A stretch of 64,000 bases of DNA from Orbicella franksi (lineage: Eukaryota): assembly GCA_964199315.1 (NCBI GenBank), contig OZ116710.1:19840001-19904000 (forward strand), given 5' to 3'. Below are positions 11,351-25,040 of the stretch, piece by piece. The stretch's first letter is position 1. Every line of letters begins with the position of its first letter. A program made the translations under genes and the position numbers. Under the pieces are notes generated by a model, which worked only from the letters and a program-made list of their open reading frames with translations, made no database searches and was not told the DNA's origin.

Positions 11351-11995
11351 TTCGTCTTTGACTTTCTTGGCGTGTTTCTCTCGCAGTTTATTCTGCCTGT
11401 CAATCTTCTGCTGACGCTTCTCCTTCCTTTGCTCGGTCTCGTCAACCTTCCGTTTGATAGAGGACTGAAGTTGCGTCTGCGCTGCGACAATCCTGCTTCT
11501 AGTCCGTGACGCTCTGTTCCCCGCTTGTCTCTTCTTCTCCAATTCCTCTTTCCGCTTTTTCTCGGCTGCTGCCTGCTTAGCTGCGATTTTCGCTGCAGTA
11601 GCTTGGGCGAACGTCTCCGTGGGGTGTGGTTTGCTAACTCCTGAACTGATGTTCGCGAACTCTCAGATGCGCCGTAATTCCTTCAGTTTCCTTTCTTCTG
11701 CAGCGCGCATTTTTCCTTTCACATCCCCTAAAGTGCGTTCAGGGGCGACCTTTTGCTTTCTCAAACGCCGAGAAACTCTAGCAGGTGGAAAGACCTTGTC
11801 TCCAACAGGAATGTCGAAAGCGACTGCGTTTTTCACTTGCTTTAGCGAGAGATTGAAGTCAGTTGAGCTCAGTGGCTGAACAGCGTGGACAGTGTTCATT
11901 TTGTTGGCGACTCGTCGCGGCTCCGGAAAAATCTTCATTGCTGGATCCGTCTTGCTGCGAGAGGTTTTGAACTTGGACAGTAAGGATCCACGCAT
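11351..11995 (-). CDS. Stathmin-domain (STMND1-like) gene exon 1, interrupted by an in-frame TGA at 11663-11665 (possible pseudogene or null allele)
   Basis: AFDIPVGDKVFPPARVSRRL...TLGDVKGKMRAAEERKLKEL resembles STMND1/stathmin (PP.RL..L...D...KM.AAEERR). Track ORFs 11663..12040 and 11237..11542 are in the same frame and join across a single TGA. First in-frame ATG is at 11995; a further upstream exon is not excluded. Confidence 0.72.
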
Positions 11996-12781
11996 CTTCG
12001 AAAAAGAGTTGCTTGCAACGTGTACAAATCGTGTTAACAACCTTCTAAAATTAGCAAACTTGTTGTTGCCCTGGATTCGTTTGTTACGTACGAAGACGTC
12101 ACATTCAAGCGACGTCGATTAGAAGAGAGGATGATTAGAACTCGCACACGGAACATCGAAAAAAGGAGTTCGCCTGTGAATCATAATTTTGGGTTTTTAT
12201 GCTTGTCTGAACGAAATCAGAAAAAAAAGATGCTTATTGTGAACGTTCTGAATCCGCAATTGAATGTCCCTTTCCATGTTTTGAACAACCCTTGGAAACC
12301 AGTTGTAGCGTGACCAATCCAAATTACCAATTTATTACTTTTTTGGGGGGGGGGGGGGAGGGGGGATATTCAGATCCCTACTCTCAATAGGTCAGAGTTT
12401 GGAAACGGGAAGCAAATGGCAACGAGCGCGTGTTCTAGTGGCGCTAGTCAGTGGATAACATGATCACGGATTGAAGGACGTGAGAAAGGTTTTGCTGCCC
12501 ACTGTTAGCAATTGCAGGAGCTTTCATTGTGCCAGCAATGATTAATGAACAGAAATAGAATATCTAGAATGGAGGAGAGTAGTAATGAACGAAGAGGGTT
12601 TTTTTTTGCTGGACTAAGGTGCTAAAAAGAAAACGGAAGGAGTATGCCAACATTTGCAAAGAGTAACGCTAGCGAGAACAGAAAATATTATAATATGGAA
12701 CTGAAATATCATTTTTGCCGCATTCCCATTTAAATACTCAGGACGTGGGATGGGAAAAGGAGCGGACCAGACAGCAAAAAC

Positions 12782-13248
12782 CATTTTCACAATAACTGTC
12801 TAATTTCACGCGCGCTGATTGGTTCATTTTTATCATCAATAAGAGTACAGACGGATAAAATGTTAATTTATGCAAGCTTTCAAGTTCAACTTTCAGCTGT
12901 CAAACTGTCAACTTTTTAACCAATGAGATTTTATGGACTTTTTTAAGTAGCCAATCAAAAAGCGAGAAAAGCTATTGACACTATTCACTTTGTTTACGGC
13001 AAGTTAACGGCGTCTTTCCCTCCCATTTATTCCCGGCATTTGACCATTTTGGGGGTCTCATTATTGTAAAAAAACAAATTGACGTCAGTTTTTTATTCGT
13101 CTGTCCTCTTATTGATGATAAATTTCTTCATAACATTATTAAAATTTAGTGCGGAACCACTCGCCTGCTGCTCGTGGTTCCACAGCCACTTTGACAATGT
13201 TATGACCCAATTTATCATCAATAAGAGGACAGACGCATGACAAACTGA
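12782..13248 (+). repeat. Dispersed repeat with a long terminal palindrome, copy 1
   Basis: Aligns by eye, as the reverse complement, to 42833-43332. Hairpin arms begin at 13074 (acaaattgacgtcag...) and the right arm is truncated at 13248. Confidence 0.85.
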
Positions 13249-16200
13249 GAACGGGCCCTGATCGTGGACCCAGTCTTCGAAACGGCCTAATTTAGTGCTT
13301 GGTTACTAAGTGCTGCGCCTTCGTCAGCTGGACAGCTGGGCAAGAAAGACGGTTGCGGAGATTTTGCAAACAACTGACCAAAAACTCATTTAACTTTATA
13401 AGTTTAACGTGCCTGGAGGTAATAAGATTTTCTTTGTTTTTTACATGAGCATTTTCATAAATTTATACAGACTGGTGTCTCAAACTCTTACATTTTCTTT
13501 CATTTTGCTTTCAAAGATCTGGGACTACAAGCCTACGTGCCGCATACAGCGTAAAATACGAGAGTTTTTTTTGAAATTTTGCGGCTTCTAAGTGATCAGT
13601 TAAGCTTCATTCAATCATCGTATTCCAGTTCAATCACTCAAGAGACATCATTTCTGGAAACGAAAGGTAAACTACTAAAACATGATAATTTATCAATACC
13701 GAATGTTTAAATTTGGTCTCTATATTAAATTTAAGTCTTAGCTTCGTTCTCATTGCTAATTTTAAACTTTGCATGGCACTTTGCATAGTTCATTCCTATC
13801 CATGATTGCGTGTTATCTGGCTTCCCTCTTTTGAACTCTTTCGGTTTTAGGATCAAAATTGAAACTCTCCTAGCTATATTTCACACGTTTGCCATAATTT
13901 TTATTGGAGGATTTTGGTTTTTGACCGAGGTAGTTTTCACGTCTTGAGCCTGGAGGAGTTATAGACTTGTTAAGACAAAACAAAACGAAATTACAACTGA
14001 ATCCATTCCATTCAACGCATCGAGTTTTACTGCTGAAATTTTCACATGATGTCATTCGTTTCATTAATTAGACACAACAGCGATCACTACGTAACTTGAG
14101 TTCTTATACATATATATGAGACTGATTGAAGTTTAAATTGATTCTTTTTCGCGGTAAAACTTGCATTTTTAACAATGGATTATATCTCTCCTTGGTGTAA
14201 TAAGTTTACATCGTCGGCATTCCGGAAGATTTCATCACGCAAGAAGTTTTGTCACTTGGAATCAAGGACGCCTTCAGCGAAAGGTGCAAAGAAACACACG
14301 TAAAACTGAACTCAAAGATGATCGAATCCAACTACCGTCTTGCTCAAAATTTGTTTAACAAAATAGTTTGCTGGTTTATATTTTAAGTTTCAAGACTGAG
14401 AAATTCTTAGCAACAATGCCAGTTTACTCAAAGGACGTCGAATTCTCATAAACCCACAAACATGGACTTAATCTAGGGCCATAGCCAGTTTTCGTTATTT
14501 TTGTCTTCCATATTATGAAAAATAATCTAGAATCTCCGTTTGATTGAAGAAAGTGTACGTAAGTGATTTCAATTTGCCGAGATTTTAAATTAGTCTCTTT
14601 TTCGCTTTTCGTGTAATGAAATGACATACATGTTTTTGTTTTCGTTTTTATTTCGTATCCTGCAATTGCCCGTTTTTTGAGGGAAAAAATAACGATTTTT
14701 GATAACGTGCAAAGCCGAGAAAATGGCGAAAAACTTACAGTTGCGATCAAAAAGGCTGGACGAGCCACTGGCAAGTGGTTGATTGCTCTTTGAGGTTTAT
14801 TTTAAGACGCATCATCTATAAAAAATCCTACAATATGTCAATTTAGTCTTCAATTGGTTTTTTCGTCGATTTTTATGACCGTATTTGTTCGAAATTAAAA
14901 CGCATGACTTGTCGATCTAGAGGTTGTTATGCTTAATTTTGTGTTGATTTTTAATCATACATAGCATATAGAGAGCAACTGAAACAATTAAGAATTAAGT
15001 ACTTCCGTGAATATTCCCTGAATTACATTATTCATTTCTTACATGGAAAGCCGGAATAAGAAAAAAGAAAACAATTTCTTACTTTATGAAAACTCTACTC
15101 GCCGATGAAAGTAGAGTTTATCAGTTGATATGAGTCTAAACTTAAATAATGAACGTCTTTTTGTCAACGAATAAAGCTGCTATAAGTGAAAAAAAACCTT
15201 TTCTTTAGTTCTACATGCCCTACCCAAATACAAGCCTTCCGCATTTATTTTGGCGTGAGCGAGTTTCCACCTGGAGCGCTTTAAGTAGCACAAACCTTGT
15301 CAGATCCAATATTCAAGAAATTCTCGACGTTATCTCGGTATTCTTAGCATAGTAATAATGTCCAAAATATTCTTTCAGTGTTTTTTTGTCCAGAAAAGCT
15401 ATATTAATCGCGTCAGGTTATTTTTTAAAGGTAAGAACTTTGATTGAAATTTGTATTTTTCATTCGACTGATTGTTGTTGTCTCTTAACGTTAGAATGAT
15501 TTGTAAATTAAATGATCTTCTTGTCTTGGCGAATCTTTAGTTTTTACGAGGAAGAGCAATTTCCATTGAACAGTAAAAGCAGTTAAGTCCTAGGACTAAA
15601 TTGTCTAAATTGAAATGCGGCCTGATCCAATCGCAAGCAAGGGAGATAGGAAGTCGAATTTGTTGTACTTATGTCTTCCTATGCTGTAATTACATCGAGA
15701 AAACTGTCTCCAAAACATGTGAATTCGCAGTGTTTTGGGGTTTGTTGTTTTACATCACCCTGCAGATACTCTTCATAATCTCGCTGCCAAGCGTAATTTA
15801 AAACGTCTAATGAAAATAACATAGCGATTACAACAACTCGAAAGGCGTTAAGAACTTGGCTAAGATGCTAGGGAGGAAATTGACTTCTGGCTTCCTACCG
15901 AGCCATAAAAAGAGCAATTACTCAAGCGTCATCAAGCGTTCTTGAGAAAAAAAAATGTTCCAAGCAATTAAGCAGTACAGCTAAATTGACGAGAAGGCGC
16001 TAGAAACCATGTAATTAATTTAAACATCCATATCTTTTTTTTAAACCGTCGTTGGAAGAGAATGGGAAAAAGAAAGAAGGTCATAAAATAAAGCACCCGA
16101 GTGGATGTTCAAAATGGAAAGTGAATTGATGGATGTTTTCAATCGTGCCTGTTATTCGTTTGTTCCACAATCGCGTATAGTGTCACCTGTCCAATTTTTT

Positions 16201-16891
16201 GTCCGCCACAGGGCTTTTCTTTTCACTCTAGTCAGCTGAGGAGGAAAAACTGCACCTGCCTCATAACTTCATTAATTATACGTCGGAATATTGATTAATG
16301 TTGAAAGTTACAATTATCACCATAAGGCGAGATATTCGCGTGTTTTGGGCACGTTAAAGTTAGAAATACATTGTTCTGTTGTCGGCGCCGAATCTTTTGC
16401 TGACCCCGTCTTCTAGCCATTGCGTTAAATAACAATAACAAAAACTACAATTTCTCTTAAATAATTACTTACATTGAGAAAGTTTACGATGTTTTTAATT
16501 GACGTTAACTTTCAGTTGAGCTGTCAATGTAATTAAGAATGTAAAACATGAGCGAGAGTGGATTGGTTCTGTGGGTTTTTTTTTTTGGCATCTTTTATTT
16601 TCCCGCGCAAGGCACCTGCTGGCAGTCACGTGATCACTCAATCCCACTGAAGGGACTAATCGCATCTAGGATTTAACAATCAAGACGAAGTAATAGTGGA
16701 TGTTTGCCCGCCCGCCACATGTAAACAAATATGCGTTTTTGTGAATGCATTTATTTCATTGAACACCTGCGACATACTGTGATCGAGCGTTGGTTTTGAT
16801 GTCGTAAACTTGCGCTGCCGCGACCGCAACCAGCTTGACTACAGCGACGAACTTGCCCAGAGACGGCGAGAGACTATGAGCGAAACATCGC

Positions 16892-17009
16892 ATGTTTAGA
16901 AGACGAATGCTACGAGCTAAACAGCGAATTCACTTAATACGCGTCCGAAAACGTCCTACGATGCTGGAAAGCGATATTTCCAAGCTATATCCCGGCCAGA
17001 GAAGATCAT
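16892..17009 (+). CDS. Candidate distal alternative first exon of the MTG gene (MFRRRMLRAKQRIHLIRVRKRPTMLESDISKLYPGQRRS)
   Basis: ATG at 16892, 39 open codons plus 1 nt, then a consensus gtaagt at 17010. The phase-1 donor matches the phase-1 acceptor at 33606. CpG-rich context. Confidence 0.45.
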
Positions 17010-19499
17010 GTAAGTTTAACATTTTACTTTCTCCTTAATTCTATACATGTAGGCGTCCATATTTAGTTCCTGTTTTTACAGACTTCCTCTACATTTCTTT
17101 TGGCTATCGTAAAGTTTGCATTTCTAAAAGTTTTAAAAGAGGCTATTACACGGCGTAATGAAAAAAAAAATCCTCATGCAAGTCCCAGGGCAAGGTTCTT
17201 TGTGATTAGAAAATTCACTTTATAATGGATTTTCGTCAGGTAGGAACAATACAGCGTTAGGTTTCAAAATATAATGTTCACAGTACAAATAGTCTGTGAA
17301 AAAATAAAATTGGGGCAAAGAAAAGAAATGCATTTCACATTGATCGATTACGGGGTTCAATTTGTACACAAAATAATTGAGGGAAAAAAAGCGATTGTAA
17401 GAGAAAAAGTGCACGAGATTTTATCTTAACACAAGATGGTCACTCGTGGTTTCGAGTCACAATTTCTTTGAAACAATTCGAAGTTGAATCGGCTAACAAG
17501 TAAGGTGTATTATACTTTATATATTAAAACATCAGTCGTACAAATTCAGTCAGTCCCATTTCACGACGATCAGTTTTTGCAAGTGGTGTAATATTTATCC
17601 CAGGTTATAAATTATATTCTGCAGTTGGCATGTGCCTGTGTTCGCAAACTGTGTTCCCGACAAAACCTAGGATTTTTTAAGCCGCTTCATTAATAAGTCA
17701 TATTTATTTCTCCAGCTTGTTAGGCACTTCAGTTGGCCTGGCCATTAAGAGTAATTCAAGTCACTGCAAAGCGGTATAATTTGTCGCCTTTTGACTGAAA
17801 TGTTTCATTGAGATGGACAGCGCTCGTACATATTTCAGTTTGTTAAATCCGAAGTGACATAGAATATTCCTACGGTGATCAGAGTTATGAATTGAACAAT
17901 TTCTTTCGGAGAGAACGTTTTTTTGTTTAGAACCGGACGTACTATATGCCGAAGCAGATTTTGATTAATACCACACGCGACAGAAACACTCCAACGAACA
18001 GTTTTAATTAAAACATCTTTGGCTTTTTCAATTCCAAATTCGACTGAAAAACGCTCGATTTATTTCGTATCGTAAAATCCCTCGCAAATAAATTCAAAGA
18101 ATTTTACATGAACGGAATATTATAAACGGAACTAATTCTCGAAATTATGATTCTACTCTTCTCGCGTTGTTTGATTTTGTTTTTTTCCCTCCATTATGTT
18201 TTTTTCTTCTGCCTCCTAGTTATACATAATTAGGATCGCTTGTCATAATGTCTCTAGGATACACGATCTTTTCTCTTATGATTAAAACCCTCAAAACTAG
18301 TTTCCAGCGAGACGCTTCGTCCTCGCAAAAATGCAGTCTCCAGGCAACAGAAATCACTTCTTGTTACATTGTTTAAAAAGGCGCTATCTGCTAAGAAGCG
18401 AGCCTTGTCTCTGTCTCTTTCTCTTTGTCATTCCTTCGATTCTGACAAAATTGCATAGTGATTGATTTGCAAATCATACTGAACACCGTGCCTCTCTTAA
18501 TGAATAAAATTTTACTTCCGAAAAAGCAGTAGAGCAGCTGAGCATATGCCATAAGGACGCCTGTACAAACCTAACACACTCCGAGCCCAATATACCGTGC
18601 TTTAAAAAAAGGCGCGAACCCATGGAAACCGCTCCCAAAACTGTCAATCTCGTTGTCATGGAAATTTGCAATGGTTTGGGTTCCGCCGTTTTCTGTGTCA
18701 TAAGCGATGAAATATTTCAAATTTTTATTTAAGAAAAAAGCAAAACAAGCTAGTCAGCCATCTCCAAGAAACATTTCATTTTAAGGCATTATAATTGTTG
18801 TACGTAACGAATAAATGTGTTCGGTTACGGTCAATTTCAAAATGATAATTATTCAAGGTTTCCATGTAAAGACGCCTCTATAATCCTTCCGAAAATTGGT
18901 TTCCAACGCGAATAAAACTTGTTGTAAATATGCATTTTCAATTAACCTGGTAAATTCTAGCTTTTAAAAATTCCTTTTACAAATTGGAAAATAAATTTAC
19001 CACGAGAAACTCATTACTGTCATACGAAAAAAAATATTTAGTGCCCGAATTTCAAATGCTTGGAATATTTCAGACAGATGTCACGTATTAATGCAAGTCA
19101 TTCCACTCAGTAATCCCCATCATTAGAAACTGGAATTATCTTTTTGTTATATATTACGGTGTACTGAGTGGTGTATATCACTTAAACAGTAGTTATCTCC
19201 GTCAGGAACGCACAATGCAATTCAAGACGTGTTACTTTGACATCTAACAAGATCACGCACGGTTTATTTTGAAGACAGTGAAAGATCTTTCTTCAATAAC
19301 TTTGTGTCAGAGTTGTTGCTATAACTACACCGTACTCTGAGAAATATTTCACCAGAATTCCATGGCTAGTTAAAAAGACTGATGTCTTGTTCTCCTTGTT
19401 AGCGCACGTGTAATTTCTCGATTTAGGGATTAAGCATTTTCGGTTGAAATGATAAAGAACACAAAAGGTCTTCGGTTTTTTACCTTTGTCTCTTTTTTT

Positions 19500-19510
19500 T
19501 ATTATTATTA

Positions 19511-19557
<47 letters not shown>
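19500..19557. repeat. (TAT)n microsatellite
   Basis: About 19 units with one interruption. Confidence 0.95.
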
Positions 19558-22500
19558 TCTGTTTAAAAGCGCACTGTATGACAATGAGGTTTCTGGTGAA
19601 AATTCAGTTAATTTTGTTAGCATTTGAATATCTGTGCATAACTTAACGTCCCCCTCCTAGGAGAAGGGAGTGAAAAACGTTAAAGGTCCAAGATAAAAAA
19701 AAAAAAAAGACTGAAGCAAACTAAAAAAAAGAGAATCACTTACACTATCGCCGACGTCATTGACTACCACTGAACAGAAAATACAAACAAAGAAATTAAG
19801 GAATATTGTTTCAGAAAGCGTTGTTTCCTAGTAAGCTTAAAAAAATCTACCTTTAGAATGTTACAGTGTAAGAAAAATCAATAATAATATGTGAGTTATT
19901 TCAAATATTTCAGTTTGCAGAGTGTTGGTTTGAAAATTAATTGTCCCTCTTGTGCCGTCATGATTGCTTCAACAAAGTGTCGCCAATTCTAATCCACCAA
20001 TGGTGTGAGACTTCATTACGGTTCCCATGAGAATCTGTCATACACCGGGAAATTAAACTTGGGTTGTTGTCGCTATGATTGCTTGAAAAATTTGAAAAAA
20101 CAACAGTCGGACGTCGCAAAGATGCCTCAAATCAATAATGCACTGACAATTAAAAGACCTTTAGCGGTGCCTTTCACTGTAAAATTAGACTAAAAATTTT
20201 CAGACAAAAAAGAATATCCAAGTAATTGTTTCAGCAAATGTGCTGCCTATCAGATAATTGTCTAAGCATTTTTGCTGTCCTAATGAGAAACTGAACGCTC
20301 TTGATGGCAACCTTTATCCGAAGACGTTCTTAAACACCTCGGCCCATTGCAAGGTCTTAGAATTGCATGGTTTTCGGATAGACTTGTTAACGCTAAATTC
20401 GGTTACGGCCAAACTCATAGATCTAAAAAAAAAAGTCTGCTTCCCCCTCCCCCCACGTGCCTCTTTTCGCCCCCCCCCCTCTCCCCCGCGTGGTCATTGT
20501 AAAAGACCAGCTTAATTGTTGACTTACTAGGAAACGGGTCGTCACGCCGACTTGTGCGCACGCATGTGCAGACGATTCTTGACATAAACACAGGTGTTGG
20601 CAATAATTATTCACCCCCTTGTGCAAAACCCATTCCAATATCTGTCGATTTTTATACTTTTAAAACTGCTGTACAGACGTAGGGAAAAAAGACTGCTAAA
20701 AGGCCAGATATGTTAAAATACAGCAAGGCTAGTCAAATTATATGTAAGAAATATTACAGACTTTGATGTCTTATGTTCCGTTCGACTCAAAGGTGTGCGC
20801 TGTTCGACTTGTCGTTCCGTTTGTCTTAATTTTCAATATCTGTTTGCATGATTTTGTAGCGATAATTAAAGAGGAAAACACGTTTTGTTCACTGCTTTGG
20901 GTTACTGGATCGGGAAATCTGTTTGTAGCGCTGTTGGTGTCGGCATAGCAGTACAGACCGGCTATGACTACCACATCCACTTAGCTGTTAACATACGTAC
21001 GATATTAAAGGTTTGCTAAGGAGTTACATGACCTTCCATGACTACATAAACATGCACCAGTTTTATGACCGACTGTACTGGAAACCACTCCGAGAAGCGG
21101 AACGCAATCGAAGTTGACCAATATTTGTTAGAAAATCAGCATTTCGTAACTCGGGTTTATTACTGATTTATTTGCTAGATTTAACAGCTTAACGATAACC
21201 GATTAAAGGCATACACGATGACAAGCGCTTAGTACTAAGTGTTACAGACTGGTCATGCTTTCGGCACGTGGAAATAACGTGTTTGGCTGAAACCGCGCTT
21301 GGTTTTGGGCTAAAAATGTCGACTGAAATACTCGCGTGGTATACACACAAGGTATAGCGTTGCATAAAACGTACTCATCTGAAAAACGCGAGGCGCGAAT
21401 TCGTAAGAATGTATACGAATTTGCGTCTGATAGTACTGAGTAACAACTGCTAGGATCAGTTGTTTTTCTTTTGCACCTGTTGCATGTGTGAGTTTCATAG
21501 CAACTCCTCGGAAACCCCAGGAATGCGCGCTTTGCTTTTATAATACTGAATTGCCTGCTGTCGTCGTAACAAAGGTAGTGTAAATCAAGTGTCAGAGACA
21601 GCGCTCGTTTGAAGAATAAACTGGCATGTGTTAGAAGCAATTAAAAGGCGACAAGAAAAAGAGAGAAAGGTACACAGGTCACGGAAAGCTTTAAATCATG
21701 CTGGTTTGCTCCAATGGCGAAATTCACTTTTACATACCCATCGTCCTCGTTAGTCGTCAGGCCCGTCAGTAGCTTTCATAAACTCTTCTGAGATCGTCGA
21801 GAAAACTCAGAATTTCCGCAAATTGACTAAGTAAGTCACGACTGTTTGTGACGAAGGAAATTACTGACCTTAAAATCGACAATGAAATCTTCAAAATGTT
21901 ACTTTACGAAAGTAGAACTGAACAGACGATATTTTAATAAATCGATTGTCGGATTACGAAACACGATTTCAGTTATAACTTTCAACTATCTGAGATCCTT
22001 TATTCACTCCCTGTAAATTTCACTGGTAGCCAGAAACACATCCTTTTGTTCCGCTTCTGGCAACTTTTCTAGGCGTGTGGCCAGACCAGTCATTTTTGAT
22101 AAGTCTCTCTCTTCGATCTGCTGTTTAATTAACTGAACGTTTCATTTCTTTCAAAACATTTTCAAGAAAACTAAATTAAGACAAAAATGAGGTATTTTTC
22201 CTTCCAAAAGTTTTAGTTAAACGATTAAAATGTCCAAAAAACTCTCTGAATCTAGTATACATTGCAGGACGAAAACTCGAATTTATTCAGTATAGCTGAG
22301 AATAAGACTGTGTGATCGATATTAAATGGGCGATTCTTTTCGTTGATAGAGCTTCTCGCATCCTCTAGAAACAGCGATATTCAGGCTTGCATTGTTAAAA
22401 AAATCATCAAGAAACTGACAGGTTGCGAGGCAAAAATGGACAAACAACATCTGGGTTACACCTGACTGACGAAACATAAGTCCCATATCACTCCCGACTT

Positions 22501-24529
22501 GACAATAATATTTACATGCCTCAGCAGCCTTGTTTAAAACAACAAAACGCGGAGAAAGGAAACCACCTGCATTGATTTAACGCGTGTGATACCAGCCCTT
22601 TTATTCAGCCGTGTTATTACAGGGAAAGCTGGCTTTGGTGGACCGAAAGGGCAGATGCACATAGACTTTTGTAGCCGGCCGGCATCGGTGTTGTTTTAGA
22701 TCGGCTGTGGAAACCATTCAAATGCACACATACACACGTGTAGCACCGAGCGACAGGTCTTGAATCATCACCTACAACCTTCAGTCCTTTCGTGAATGAA
22801 TTAATGCGACAATTAACGACAATCACTTGCTAGCTGAATCAGAACACATTTTGTTTTAATCTTATTGCTCAAAAGACTTAAATTTTAGACGGAGATTACC
22901 TATTAGGATATACTTCTGTTTTTTTTTTCGTTTTTCATTTTGCCAAGTACATGTACTGTATTTCAATCAGTTATAAACCTGATTGGCCGATGGCTTTGTT
23001 TTACTTAAAATTAATGGTAGCAGTAAAGATAAAATTATAGGCGATTGTTTCAGACATTTATTATTTTGATTAGGTCAAGTGGTGGCGTAATTTAATTGAT
23101 GTTTAGTTTGTCACAACTTGCATTAACTTGATAACTTGTTATAAATTGCCTTTTAATGCGGAAGTTAGTCGGTGAAACAACTTTGTCCGAGGCCGTTTGA
23201 AGTTTTAAAACTCGTGCAGACCTTTGAAGCTTTTAAAATATTGAGATTGCATGTTCAAATCTGCTAAAATGTCAAATTCAACTCACTGATCAGTTTTGGA
23301 AAACGGAAAATTTTGTTTATAGAGGCAGTCAGGTTTTGAAAACTTTCTCCAACTTTTGTTTCAATTTTGTTTTGTTCTGAGTTATCTTGCACGTGTTCTT
23401 GACAGGTGTCAGAGACCTTTTGTCCTATTTACTTCTTCGCTGTAAAATATAACAGGTATCTTATCAATCATAATTCCTTGTTTTCCATTTAGAAATTTAA
23501 AATAACGATCAAAAACAGTATTTCAGTTAGATTTCGGAATCGAAAGAACTTTTCAACAGTTGTCCAAATAGGCATGTGAACAATGTAACACGTGTCAGTG
23601 CAAATTGTTTGAGATCTCATACAAAACTTTACTTCATCTCAAGATGCTAAGATATTTCTCAATCTTGGTATTGTGAAATTCGCAGTGAACGAAACCGTGC
23701 GCTAGAGAATTTTTTCTCCCGTGAGCTTCTTCGAAGAAACATTTAAGTCAGATAACCAGGTACCAAAGTATTTACAAAAATATCTACAGTTGCTTCAGAA
23801 TCTAAACAAAGTAACAAATCTATCAACACGCCGACAAAATTTGTTTTAAATGTTTTACATTGTTTTACTCAAACTTAGTTAAAATTGTTTTGTGCATAAA
23901 CTTGAGATCTAATGACTTGGTGGAATCACAAGTGCCAGCTCACTTCACCCTTTTATCTGCCACAGGTGTGCACGAGTTATTGTACAGAAAAAGAGAATTA
24001 AAAATCGTCTGATAAATACTCCGCTTCAGGTCGACAAACTTTGTAAACGTTGGAAATAATATCTTGTTATTCAGAACTAGGAAACTGTTGATAGTTGTGG
24101 TAGCAATGTTGCCAACATGGAAGACACACATGGAACTCGAAGCTCGCAATGAATCAATTGTGTATCCATAACTGCATCAGTGTAATGTTGCGGAGACTCG
24201 TTATACGTCTGCGATATTGCGCGCAACAGCTTCGAATGGCTGGATACACGAGTGAAAAGTGTTGTGTGAAATATCGCACCAAATGTTGCACCGTATGCCC
24301 GGGCCTTGCAAGGGTGTAGTGTGTCCTGGCCACAAGTTTGCATTGTGTATCAGGGTTCGCTCTCATGATATTCCCGCGACATTTTCTCGGTTTTTGATCA
24401 CCTTTAGAACTAGTCCTGATTACTTATGTCAATATTTTACTAAAGCTATCAAAAATATTAGAAAAGTAAATTACGAAATTGATCTTAGCTAACGATCAGA
24501 TGTAATCGAATACTGTACAGGACTTTTTT

Positions 24530-24663
24530 AAAATACGCTGCGTAGCAGGCGTATAAAGGGGAGGGGGTGGGGGAGGAGGAAGAAAAATCCTCCGTTTTTC
24601 CCCCCGAATTCTCTCCTCCTCCCCACCCCCTCCCCTTTATACGCCTGCTACGCAGGGTATTTT
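24530..24663. mobile_element. Palindromic MITE-like element with G-rich/C-rich arms
   Basis: ctgcgtagcaggcgtataaaggggagggggtgggg (35 nt) has a perfect reverse complement ending at 24655. Confidence 0.75.
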
Positions 24664-25040
24664 TGAAATGTCAGTATTCTAAAACAGGAGGTAGCTTTGT
24701 TTGCTGTTGAGTGTGAAAAGTTAATTTAGTTAGATTACAGACTGGAATGATTGAATCAAAGCTAAAGATCACAAAAACAAAATAACAGATTTTATCAGGT
24801 TAAAATTTTGGAAAAAATGGAGAGTCCAAAACGCCAGAAATTACCATTTGTTAATAATTGAAAATTGACTAAAGAGTAAAAACCCGCAGGTCGGCGACAG
24901 GAGAGGTGGTAACGACCTGGTTACGAGGACTTTTACAGTTATCTGAAGGTCCTGAAGTGTCGGTGCTGGATGGTGAGGAAAACTTAATAGCTTGATAGTT
25001 CTCGCCTCCATCCTAATGTGATTAGTCTTGTCTAAAAGCC

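Noticed and set aside
11663-11665. Selenocysteine reading of the in-frame TGA
   Set aside because: The site is in a charged helix where Arg fits, there is no redox motif, and I saw no convincing SECIS by eye. It remains only a formal possibility.
18616-18665. Two RFX X-box-like motifs (gaacccatggaaac, gttgtcatggaaat)
   Set aside because: They are imperfect matches with no adjacent exon or TSS evidence.
19449-19646. Poly-Tyr ORF
   Set aside because: It is produced by the (TAT)n microsatellite.
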